64,000 bases of DNA from Hyalangium minutum. Lineage in GTDB: Bacteria; Myxococcota; Myxococcia; Myxococcales; Myxococcaceae. The position numbers and the translations under genes are program-made. The stretch lies in contig NZ_JMCB01000017.1 of NCBI RefSeq assembly GCF_000737315.1, positions 124,001-188,000 of the forward strand, written 5' to 3'. Of the stretch, positions 1 to 8,833 are shown piece by piece. A model generated the notes under the pieces. The model was not told the DNA's origin. It saw only the letters and a list, made by a program, of their open reading frames with translations, and did no database searches. How positions within the stretch are numbered: the first letter of the stretch is position 1; each line of letters opens with the position of its first letter.

Positions 1-23
1 GGACCTGCTCGTAGAGTCCCATT

Positions 24-48
24 CCGGCGGCATCATATATGCCGCCGG
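24..48. repeat. Perfect 10-bp inverted repeat (CCGGCGGCAT-catat-ATGCCGCCGG) downstream of the minus-strand porin gene; possible terminator or stabilising hairpin
   Basis: Read directly; no U-tract on either strand. Confidence 0.45.
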
Positions 49-127
49 GCTCAGGGCGAGGCACTGGAACGCTCGACCGCCAGTTCTGGACGTCCGGGCG
101 GTTTCTTTGCACCCGAGGCGGACCCGC

Positions 128-1015
<888 letters not shown>

Positions 1016-1109
1016 GAGTCACCCCTCCCAGGTGGCGCGAGGGATCTCGCACGAGACCCGCCACGTCATCAAGCACTCATGACACGTATCAGGATTTCCT
1101 CTAACCGCT

Positions 1110-2426
1110 CTACTCCAGCCGCTCCACGATGAGCGGCCGAGGCGCCGGAGCCTGCGGGCCGAAGCGGTACGCCGCCAACAGCCGCGCCTTCACGTCCTGG
1201 AGGGGGCCCGCGTCATTATAGTGCACGCGCACCACCGGCTCGCCTGCCTTCACCGGCTCGCCCACCTTGCGCAGCAGCGTGAAGCCCACCGCTGGATCAA
1301 TCCGGCTGTCCACCCGCTGCCGTCCCGCCCCCAGCGCCACCGCCGCCAGCCCCACCGCCTCCGTGTCGATGCCCGTGACGAAACCGTCACCTGGCGCCAG
1401 CACGTCCGCCGTGGCCTTCGCCTGCGGCAACCGGCTGTAGTCATCAATGGCGAGCGGATCGCCGCCCTGCACCTGGACAATCTCCTTGAGCTTGCGCAGC
1501 GCGCTCCCGTCGTCCATGGCGCGCTGCAACAACTGCCGCGCCTGAGCCTCGTTCGCCGCCTTGCCGCCGAGCACGAGCATCTCCGCCGTGAGCGCCAGCG
1601 TCACCTCGGTGTAGTCCGCCGGTGCCTTGCCCCGGAGCATGTCCACCGCCTCAATCACTTCGAGGGCGTTGCCCACCGCGCGTCCCAGCGGCTGATCCAT
1701 GTCCGTGATGAGCGCCGTCACCTTGCGCTTCATCTGCGTGCCGATGCCGATCATCGTCCGGGCCAGGGCGCGCGAGTCCTCCAAGCGCTTCATGAAGGCG
1801 CCACTGCCCGTCTTCACGTCCAGCACGAGCGCGTCGATGCCCTCCGCCAGCTTCTTGCTCATGATGGAGCTGGCGATCAGCGGCAAGCAGTCCACCGTGG
1901 CCGTCACATCCCGGAGCGCGTAGAGCTTCTTGTCCGCGGGAGCCAGCGTGGCCGTCTGCCCGATGAGGCAGGCCCCCACATCCCGCACGAGCCGCCGGTA
2001 GTCCGCCACCGAGAGGTCCACCTTGAAGCCAGGGATGGACTCCAGCTTGTCCAGGGTCCCGCCCGTGTGCCCCAGGCCCCGGCCGGAGATCATCGGCACG
2101 GGCACGCCACAGGCCGCCGCCAGCGGCGCCAGGCTCAGGGAGACCTTGTCCCCCACTCCACCCGTGGAGTGCTTGTCCACCTTGATGCCGGGCGTCTCGG
2201 AAAGGTCGAGCACCTCGCCAGACTCGAGCATGGCCTGTGTCCAGGCGCCCAGCTCCACGGGGTTGAGCCCCTTGAAGAAGACGGCCATGCACATGGCGGA
2301 CATCTGGTAGTCCGGCACGTCACCGCGGGTATAGGCGGCAATGAACTCGCGGATGGAGTCCGGATCCAACTCCCGGCCATCCCGCTTGGCTTTGATGAGT
2401 TCGTAGGGTCTCACGCTTGGGGCCAT
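1110..2426 (-). CDS. deoA: Thymidine/pyrimidine-nucleoside phosphorylase (start may be GTG 2414)
   Basis: DKHSTGGVGDK, SGRGLGHTGGTLDKLESIPG, SIMSKK motifs. Confidence 0.95.
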   Translation of the reverse strand: MAPSVRPYELIKAKRDGRELDPDSIREFIAAYTRGDVPDYQMSAMCMAVFFKGLNPVELGAWTQAMLESGEVLDLSETPGIKVDKHSTGGVGDKVSLSLAPLAAACGVPVPMISGRGLGHTGGTLDKLESIPGFKVDLSVADYRRLVRDVGACLIGQTATLAPADKKLYALRDVTATVDCLPLIASSIMSKKLAEGIDALVLDVKTGSGAFMKRLEDSRALARTMIGIGTQMKRKVTALITDMDQPLGRAVGNALEVIEAVDMLRGKAPADYTEVTLALTAEMLVLGGKAANEAQARQLLQRAMDDGSALRKLKEIVQVQGGDPLAIDDYSRLPQAKATADVLAPGDGFVTGIDTEAVGLAAVALGAGRQRVDSRIDPAVGFTLLRKVGEPVKAGEPVVRVHYNDAGPLQDVKARLLAAYRFGPQAPAPRPLIVERLE

Positions 2427-2473
2427 AGCCTACCCCTTCCATCGGGTCCATCATCTGGTAGATACGCCTTCCC

Positions 2474-3697
2474 ATGACCCGAACCCTCCGCCTCTCTGCC
2501 CTGGCCCTTGCAGCGCTCCTCGGCGCCTGTAAGAAGGAAGAACCCCCTCCGGCTGCCCCGGCGACGCCCCCCGCCCAGCAGCAGCAGCCCCAGGCGGAGG
2601 CCAAGCCCGCAGAGCCCCCGAAGGCCAAGACCCACAAGATTGGCCTCGTGGTGGACCTGGGCGGCCGTGGCGACCACTCCTTCAATGACGCAGCGCTCCG
2701 TGGCCTGGAGACCTGGGCGGCCGGCAAGAAGTACGAGGGCGGCCAGTACGTCGCCGCCTCCCCCGAGGAGATCAAGGCGTCCATCACCTCGGACCTGACC
2801 AACCTGCAGCCCCCCATCACCCCGCAGCCCATCGAGCCGCAGGTGATCCAGAGCAAGTCCCCCGAGGACTATGAGCCCAACCTGCAGCTGCTCGTGGACC
2901 AGGGCGTGGACCTGACCATCGGCAACGGCTTCCTGCTGGAGCCCGCAGTGGAGACGGTGGCCAAGGCCAACCCGAACGCCAAGTTCCTCCTGGTGGACAG
3001 CGTGCTGCTGGACGCGGAGAACAAGCCGTACAGCCTGCCCAACGTCCGCACCGTCACCTTCAAGGAGAACGAGGGCAGCTTCCTCGTGGGCGCGCTGGCG
3101 GGTCTGGTCTCGAAGACGGGCAAGGTGGGCTTCGTGGGCGGCATGGAGGTGCCCATCATCAAGAAGTTCGAGGCGGGCTACCGCGCGGGCGTGAAGACCA
3201 CCAACCCCAAGGCCGAGACGGGGCTGATGGCCGTCTACACCGGCAGCTTCAACAACGTGGCCGCCGGCAAGCAGGTGGCGCAGGACCTCATCAAGAAGGG
3301 CGCGGACGTCATCTTCCAGGCGGCCGGCGCGGACGGCCTGGGCGTCATCCAGGCGGTGAAGGAGGCCAAGGCGGCCGGTAAGAATGTCTACGTCATCGGC
3401 GTGGACTCGGATCAGTCGCACGTGGCGCCCGAGGTGGTGCTCACCTCCATGCTCAAGCACCTGGATCTGGCCATCTACACCGCGTCGCGCGACCTGGCCG
3501 AGGGCAAGTTCGCCGCCGGTGACGTGACGCTGGGCCTGAAGGAGGGCGGCGTGGGCTACGCCGACGTCCGCGTGGACTTCCCGGGCAAGGCCGAGGCCCT
3601 CCAGAAGGTGGAGGCCCTGCGCCAGCGCGTCATCTCCGGTGAGATCCAGGTCCCCGCTTCCAAGGAAGAGCTCTCCTCCTTCAAAGCCACGCCCTGA
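2474..3697 (+). CDS. BMP-family ABC substrate-binding lipoprotein (nucleoside-binding type)
   Basis: Lipobox LLGAC; GGRGDHSFND, F..NEGSFLVG, GFVGGM, VIGVDSDQ motifs. Confidence 0.92.
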   Translation: MTRTLRLSALALAALLGACKKEEPPPAAPATPPAQQQQPQAEAKPAEPPKAKTHKIGLVVDLGGRGDHSFNDAALRGLETWAAGKKYEGGQYVAASPEEIKASITSDLTNLQPPITPQPIEPQVIQSKSPEDYEPNLQLLVDQGVDLTIGNGFLLEPAVETVAKANPNAKFLLVDSVLLDAENKPYSLPNVRTVTFKENEGSFLVGALAGLVSKTGKVGFVGGMEVPIIKKFEAGYRAGVKTTNPKAETGLMAVYTGSFNNVAAGKQVAQDLIKKGADVIFQAAGADGLGVIQAVKEAKAAGKNVYVIGVDSDQSHVAPEVVLTSMLKHLDLAIYTASRDLAEGKFAAGDVTLGLKEGGVGYADVRVDFPGKAEALQKVEALRQRVISGEIQVPASKEELSSFKATP

Positions 3698-5208
3698 TCT
3701 CCCTTCGTCACATCTCCAAGCGGTTCGGCGGCGTCCAGGCGCTGGATGACGTGTCCCTCGACATCGGTGCGGGCGAATTGCTCGCGCTGGTGGGCGAGAA
3801 CGGCGCGGGCAAGTCCAGCCTGATGAACGTCCTCTATGGGCTCTACCACCCAGACGAGGGCGACATCGTCCTGGACGGCAAGCCGATCCGATTCAAGAGC
3901 CCCCGGGACGCCATCGCCCGGGGGATCGGCATGGTGCATCAGCACTTCATGCTGGTGCCCACGCTCACCGTGGTCGAGAACGTGGTGCTCGGCCGCGAGC
4001 CCCAGCGGTGGGGGCGGTTGGACTTGGAGCGCGCCTACTCCGAGGTCTCCGCCACCTGCCAGCGCTTCGGCTTCCAGTTGGATCTGCGGGCCCGGGTGGA
4101 CACGCTCACGGTGGGCTCGCAGCAGAAGGTGGAGATCGTCAAGGCGCTCCACCGGGGCGCGAAGGTGCTCATCCTCGACGAGCCCACTGCCGTGCTCACG
4201 CCCCAGGAGTCCGAGGACTTGTTCCGCGTGGCCCGCGGGCTGAAGGACCAGGGGCACACCGTGGTCTTCATCAGCCACAAGCTGCGCGAGGTGCTCAGCG
4301 TGGCCGAGCGCATCGCCGTGATGCGGCGCGGCAAGCTCGTGGCCGAGGTGAAGGCGAAGGAGACCACCGCCAGCGAGCTGGCCAACCTGATGGTCGGCGA
4401 CGCGCGCACGGGGCCCGCCGTGGTGGAGCCCTACCACCCGCCCACGGGCGCGGTGGTGCTGTCGGCCAGGGACCTGAAGGTGGGCGTGGAGGATGGGAGC
4501 ACGGCGCTCAACGGCGTGACGCTCGATGTGCACGCGGGCGAAATTGTCGGCATCGCCGGAGTGGACGGCAACGGGCAGCGGGAGCTGGCCGAGGTGCTCA
4601 CCGGCCTGCGCAAGCTGGGGTCCGGAGAGGGCTCGCTGCTGGGCAAGCCTCTGGCGAACCTGAACCCGCACGAGGCCCGGCGGCGCGGGGTGAGCCACGT
4701 GCCCGAGGACCGGCTGCGTCGCGCGGTGGTGAAGGGCATGAGCGTGGAGGAGAACGTGGCGCTCGGCCGGCAGGGGCTGCCGCCCTTCGCCAAGGGCCCG
4801 TGGCTGGACTTCAAGGGCCGCCGCGAGCGAACGAAGAAGCTGCTAGGCGCGTACGACGTACGGCCTCCGGATCCGCTGCTGGCCGTGCAGGCGCTCTCGG
4901 GCGGCAACCAGCAGAAGGTGGTGGTGGCGCGCGAGCTGGACGCCGAGCCCAAGTTCCTGGTGGTGGTGCAGCCCACGCGCGGCCTGGACATCAGCGCGGT
5001 GGCCCAGGTGCACTCCCGGCTGCGCGAGGAGCGAGCCCGAGGCGTGGGCGTGCTGCTCATCTCCCTGGATCTGGAGGAAGTGCTGACCCTGTCGGATCGC
5101 ATCTATGTGCTCTTCGAGGGCCGCGTGACAGGAACCTTCACCCGGCCCGAGTTCGACGAGCGGGAGATTGGCCGGCGCATGCTGGGAGCGGGAGCGGGCC
5201 ATGAGTGA
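3694..5208 (+). CDS. CUT2-type ABC ATP-binding protein with two NBDs; probable CTG start overlapping the upstream stop (ORF track gives GTG 3751)
   Basis: GENGAGKS, LDEPT, LSGGNQQK; conserved ISKRFGGVQAL segment lies upstream of 3751; in-frame stop at 3640-3642. Confidence 0.9.
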   Translation: MISLRHISKRFGGVQALDDVSLDIGAGELLALVGENGAGKSSLMNVLYGLYHPDEGDIVLDGKPIRFKSPRDAIARGIGMVHQHFMLVPTLTVVENVVLGREPQRWGRLDLERAYSEVSATCQRFGFQLDLRARVDTLTVGSQQKVEIVKALHRGAKVLILDEPTAVLTPQESEDLFRVARGLKDQGHTVVFISHKLREVLSVAERIAVMRRGKLVAEVKAKETTASELANLMVGDARTGPAVVEPYHPPTGAVVLSARDLKVGVEDGSTALNGVTLDVHAGEIVGIAGVDGNGQRELAEVLTGLRKLGSGEGSLLGKPLANLNPHEARRRGVSHVPEDRLRRAVVKGMSVEENVALGRQGLPPFAKGPWLDFKGRRERTKKLLGAYDVRPPDPLLAVQALSGGNQQKVVVARELDAEPKFLVVVQPTRGLDISAVAQVHSRLREERARGVGVLLISLDLEEVLTLSDRIYVLFEGRVTGTFTRPEFDEREIGRRMLGAGAGHE

Positions 5209-6313
5209 GCGCCTGCGCTCGGCAGTACCGTCGATTCTCTCCGTGCTCCTCGCGCTGGTGGTGTGCTGGGTGGCCATCGCCCTCACGCGCGACCTGAGCA
5301 CCGCGGCGGAGGCCTACCTCCAGATGCTCTATGGAGGCATCGGCCAGATCCCCAAGTACCTGGAGACCGGGAGCGGCGCGCTCCTGGCCCGCCCACTGGG
5401 CGAGTCCGCAGGCAAGGCGGCCCTGCTGATCCTCACGGGCCTGTCGGTGGCGGTGGCGTTCAAGGCCGGTCTCTTCAACATCGGCGCGCAGGGGCAGATG
5501 GTGGTGGGCGCCCTGGCGTCGGCGGTGGTGGGCGCGCAGATCGCCCTGCCCTCCGTCGTGCACATTCCCCTGGCCATCCTGGCCGCCGCGGTGACGGGAG
5601 CGGCGTGGGCCCTCATCGCTGCGGCACTCAAGCTGTGGCGCGGCGTCCATGAAGTCATCTCCACCATCATGCTCAACTGGGTCGCGGTGAGCTTGGTGGA
5701 CAACTGGCTCGCGGTGGGCCCGCTGCGCGCGGTGGCCAGCGGCGGCCACTCGGTGGCGGGCACAGCGGAGATCCACCCCACGGCTCAGTTTCCCCGGCTG
5801 CTGGCGGACATCTCCCGGCTCAACCTGGGCTTCCCGGTGGCGCTGGCCGTGGCTCTGTTCGTCTGGCTGTGGCTCACCCGGACGCGGCGTGGCTTCGAGA
5901 CGCAGGCGGCTGGACTGGGCCCCGACGCGGCTCGGGCTGCGGGCATCTCCGTGAAGCAGCGCGCGGCCGAGGCCATGGCGCTCTCCGGCGCGCTGGCGGG
6001 CATGGCGGGCGCCGTGCTCGTGCTCGGCACCGAGTACCGCTACCCCGGCTCGCTCGCGGCGCCGTACGGCTTCGACGGCATCGCCATCTCGCTCATCGGC
6101 AACAACAACCCGCTGGGAGTGACGATCACCGCGATCTTCTTCGGAATCCTCCGCGCTGGCGGCACGCGCATGCAACTGCTGGGCGTCCACAAGAGCTTCC
6201 CCGAGCTCATCCAGGGCCTGGCGCTGCTCTTCGTGGCGGGCCGGCTGGTGTGGCTGACGCTGCTGCGGAAGCGCAAATCCCAGCCCGCCTCCACCGAGGT
6301 GCCCCGTGCTTGA
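5201..6313 (+). CDS. Nucleoside-type ABC transporter permease
   Basis: GLFNIGAQGQ, EVISTIMLN, GFDGIAISL motifs; ATG 5201 overlaps the ATPase end. Confidence 0.92.
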   Translation: MSERLRSAVPSILSVLLALVVCWVAIALTRDLSTAAEAYLQMLYGGIGQIPKYLETGSGALLARPLGESAGKAALLILTGLSVAVAFKAGLFNIGAQGQMVVGALASAVVGAQIALPSVVHIPLAILAAAVTGAAWALIAAALKLWRGVHEVISTIMLNWVAVSLVDNWLAVGPLRAVASGGHSVAGTAEIHPTAQFPRLLADISRLNLGFPVALAVALFVWLWLTRTRRGFETQAAGLGPDAARAAGISVKQRAAEAMALSGALAGMAGAVLVLGTEYRYPGSLAAPYGFDGIAISLIGNNNPLGVTITAIFFGILRAGGTRMQLLGVHKSFPELIQGLALLFVAGRLVWLTLLRKRKSQPASTEVPRA

Positions 6314-7235
6314 GATTCTCGAGGCGCTCCTCTTCTCCACCCTGGACGCGGCCCCCGCGCTCATCTTCGCCACCCTCGGAGGCGTGCTCTCCGAGCGCGC
6401 GGGAGTGGTGAACGTCGGCGTGGAAGGCCAGATGCGCGCCGGGGCTTTCGTCGCCGCCGTGGCTGCCCTCTCCATGCCCACGCCCCTGGCTGTCATCGTG
6501 GGGATGGTGGCGGGCGCGGCGCTGGCCTCCGTGCACGGCTACCTGAGCATCCGCTGGCGCTCGGATCAGGTCGTCTCTGGCATGGCCATCAACCTGGTGG
6601 CGCTCGCCGGGGGCACCTTCCTCCTCGAGGCCCTGTTCAGCCCCAACGGAACCCCGCCCATCGAGCAGCTCCCGCGCTGGCAGCTGCCGCTGATCCAGGA
6701 CATCCCCCTGCTGCGGGCCCTCTCCGACCACCCCGGGCTGGCGTACCTCGCGCTGGTGCTGCCCTTCGTCTTCCACGCCGTGCTCCACCACACCCCGATC
6801 GGCCTGCGCCTGCGCGCCGTGGGCGAGAAGCCTCACGCCGTGGCCACCCTGGGCCTGAGCGTGCCGCTGCTGCGCTGGGGCGCGGTGCTCGGAGGCGGCC
6901 TGCTGGCGGGCCTGGGCGGCGCGGTGCTCTCGACTGCCGTGCTGGATCGCTTCGAGCAGCACACCCCTGCGGGCCTCGGCTTCATGGCCCTGGCCGCCAT
7001 GGTGTTCGGCCGGTGGACGCCCCTGGGCGCCTTCGGAGCCGCCTCCTTCTTCGCCTTCGGCAACGCCCTGCGCATCGGCCTGGCCTCCAGCGCCCCCGAG
7101 ATTCTGGATGTCATCCCCCAAGGCTTCCTGCTCGCCCTGCCCTACTTCCTGACGCTGCTCCTGCTGGCCATCCAGGGCCAACGCAGCAGTGCTCCTGCGG
7201 CGCTCGGCACCCCCTATGAGCAGGAGTCCCGCTAG
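6306..7235 (+). CDS. Nucleoside-type ABC transporter permease
   Basis: SERAGVVNVGVEG, GLRLRAVGE, GLGFMALAA..FGRW motifs. Confidence 0.92.
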   Translation: MLEILEALLFSTLDAAPALIFATLGGVLSERAGVVNVGVEGQMRAGAFVAAVAALSMPTPLAVIVGMVAGAALASVHGYLSIRWRSDQVVSGMAINLVALAGGTFLLEALFSPNGTPPIEQLPRWQLPLIQDIPLLRALSDHPGLAYLALVLPFVFHAVLHHTPIGLRLRAVGEKPHAVATLGLSVPLLRWGAVLGGGLLAGLGGAVLSTAVLDRFEQHTPAGLGFMALAAMVFGRWTPLGAFGAASFFAFGNALRIGLASSAPEILDVIPQGFLLALPYFLTLLLLAIQGQRSSAPAALGTPYEQESR

Positions 7236-7252
7236 CCCCACCTGCCAGTGAG

Positions 7253-7300
7253 GGGTCAAAATCACCCGGGTCAGGTTTGACCAGGATTCAAGATTGACCC
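7253..7300. promoter_or_regulatory. Nested inverted repeats of GGTCA(A)/(T)TGACC; candidate enhancer-protein binding sites
   Basis: GGGTCAA 7253-7259 pairs with TTGACCC 7294-7300; GGTCA 7269-7273 pairs with TGACC 7278-7282; about 130-180 bp upstream of a -24/-12 site. Confidence 0.45.
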
Positions 7301-7429
7301 ACCTCTTCCTGGCTCTCCGGCCTCGTGCTCTCTGGGTGGGGGCTCCAGCCCCCAATGTAAGTCCTCGACATTGTTGATGAAAAAAACCAGCCTCTCGCGA
7401 AACGTGAAAACCCGTTGGACCGCGAATGT

Positions 7430-7445
7430 AGGCACGCATCTAGCA
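7430..7445 (+). promoter_or_regulatory. Sigma-54 (-24/-12) promoter candidate
   Basis: AGGCACGCATCTAGCA: GG-N10-GC spacing, close to the TGGCACG-N4-TTGCW consensus; 72 bp upstream of ATG 7517. Confidence 0.6.
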
Positions 7446-7516
7446 GGTCAAATTATGCAGTAGGGAACTTCTCCTGCCCGGCTACCCATGAGGTGGCTCT
7501 CGGTGGAGGTCGCGAG

Positions 7517-8074
7517 ATGATGTTGACGCCGGCGAAGACGGAGACCGCGCTCAAGACCGTGGCGGTGGAGCCTGTATCCCCCCAGGCTTCCCCGGCGCTG
7601 CAGAGCGAGGTGGGACTCACCAGCATCCTCTCCGCCTACCTCCGCGAGACGCTGCCGCTGGACCTGAGCGAGCTGGCACAGGACGTCGTCGCGCAGATGC
7701 TCACCGAGGGCCGGCTGGACGGCGTGGACATCCACTACCACCTGCCGGAGGAGCGGGTGTCGGTGGAGCTGCCCCGGCTGCAGTTCGCGGAGATCCTCGA
7801 GCAGATGGTGACGGCGGCGGCGGGCGCGATGAAGGCGCTGACGAACCGCACCCACGTGCTGCGCGTCATTGTCGAGGACGCGGATCCGTTCGGGGACTTT
7901 GGCCCGCGGCTGCGAGTGCAGGACACGGGCGCCAGCGTCATCGTCGAGGACGCGCTGCAGGAGGCCATCGAGCGGGCGGAGACGCTGGGCGCCAAGCTGA
8001 CGGTGAAGAACCGGCCCATGGGCGGCAACATCTTCACCGTGGAACTGCCGGCCGAGCAGATCCGGTCCTGGTAA
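7517..8074 (+). CDS. Stand-alone degenerate HATPase_c (histidine-kinase catalytic-domain-like) protein
   Basis: GGAGG before ATG 7517; kinase-like scaffold (LDLSELAQDVV, VQDTG, GGNIFTVELP) but no N-box Asn, no G2/ATP lid, no HisKA. Confidence 0.65.
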   Translation: MMLTPAKTETALKTVAVEPVSPQASPALQSEVGLTSILSAYLRETLPLDLSELAQDVVAQMLTEGRLDGVDIHYHLPEERVSVELPRLQFAEILEQMVTAAAGAMKALTNRTHVLRVIVEDADPFGDFGPRLRVQDTGASVIVEDALQEAIERAETLGAKLTVKNRPMGGNIFTVELPAEQIRSW

Positions 8075-8091
8075 CGAACCGGGCGTAGCGG

Positions 8092-8766
8092 CTAGAAGCG
8101 CCAGCCCACGCCCATCAAAGCTTCGAGCGTGAAGTACGCGTCGCTGCGTCCGCGGCGGCCCGCGTCCGGGAAGAGGGAGGGCCCCATCCGGACGTTGAAG
8201 TTCACCTCCAGGTTGCGGTCGATGAAGTACTCCAGCCCTCCGCCCACGAGCAGGGGGAAGACGGGGCCTCCGCCCGAACCGAAGTAGACGTGGAACGGAA
8301 CATCCACCCCGAGGTTGAGCATGATGGCGCTGCCCACGGGAATCCCAGCCACGAGCGACACCGGCAGCGCCAACCCCACCTGGGTGCCCCCCTCATGAAA
8401 GTAGAAGATCGGCCCCGGCTGGAAGACGAGCGCCAGCGAGGCCTCCTGCATGCGCGCGAGCATCAGCCGCACCCAGGCCTGGAGCTTGATGCCGGGCTCC
8501 ACCACCTCGACGAGGCCTTCTTGGCCCCAGTTGAAGGTGAACTTGCCGCCGAGATCGAGCTTGGACGTACTGCCGTGGAGCACGCCCACGGAGAGGCCCG
8601 GCCAGCCGATCTGGGCGGAGAGGACGTTCTGGTTGGCGCCCACGGTGTCACCCGCGAGCAGGGACCAGCCCTGTCCGCGGCCGTAGGAGCCCTCTTCGTC
8701 CTGCGCGAGCGCGGCCGTGGAGGCGAGGACCCAGCAGAGGAAGAACCCAGGGACGAGACGCTTCAC
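8092..8766 (-). CDS. Hypothetical outer-membrane beta-barrel protein
   Basis: GTG start with signal peptide (…STAALA), Gly/aromatic alternating strands, C-terminal GWRF. Confidence 0.65.
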   Translation of the reverse strand: MKRLVPGFFLCWVLASTAALAQDEEGSYGRGQGWSLLAGDTVGANQNVLSAQIGWPGLSVGVLHGSTSKLDLGGKFTFNWGQEGLVEVVEPGIKLQAWVRLMLARMQEASLALVFQPGPIFYFHEGGTQVGLALPVSLVAGIPVGSAIMLNLGVDVPFHVYFGSGGGPVFPLLVGGGLEYFIDRNLEVNFNVRMGPSLFPDAGRRGRSDAYFTLEALMGVGWRF

Positions 8767-8833
8767 AACGCAACCTCGGGAAAGGGCCGCGCGGCACGCG
8801 ACCGGTGGGAAAGCATGCACCGCAGGAGAAGAC

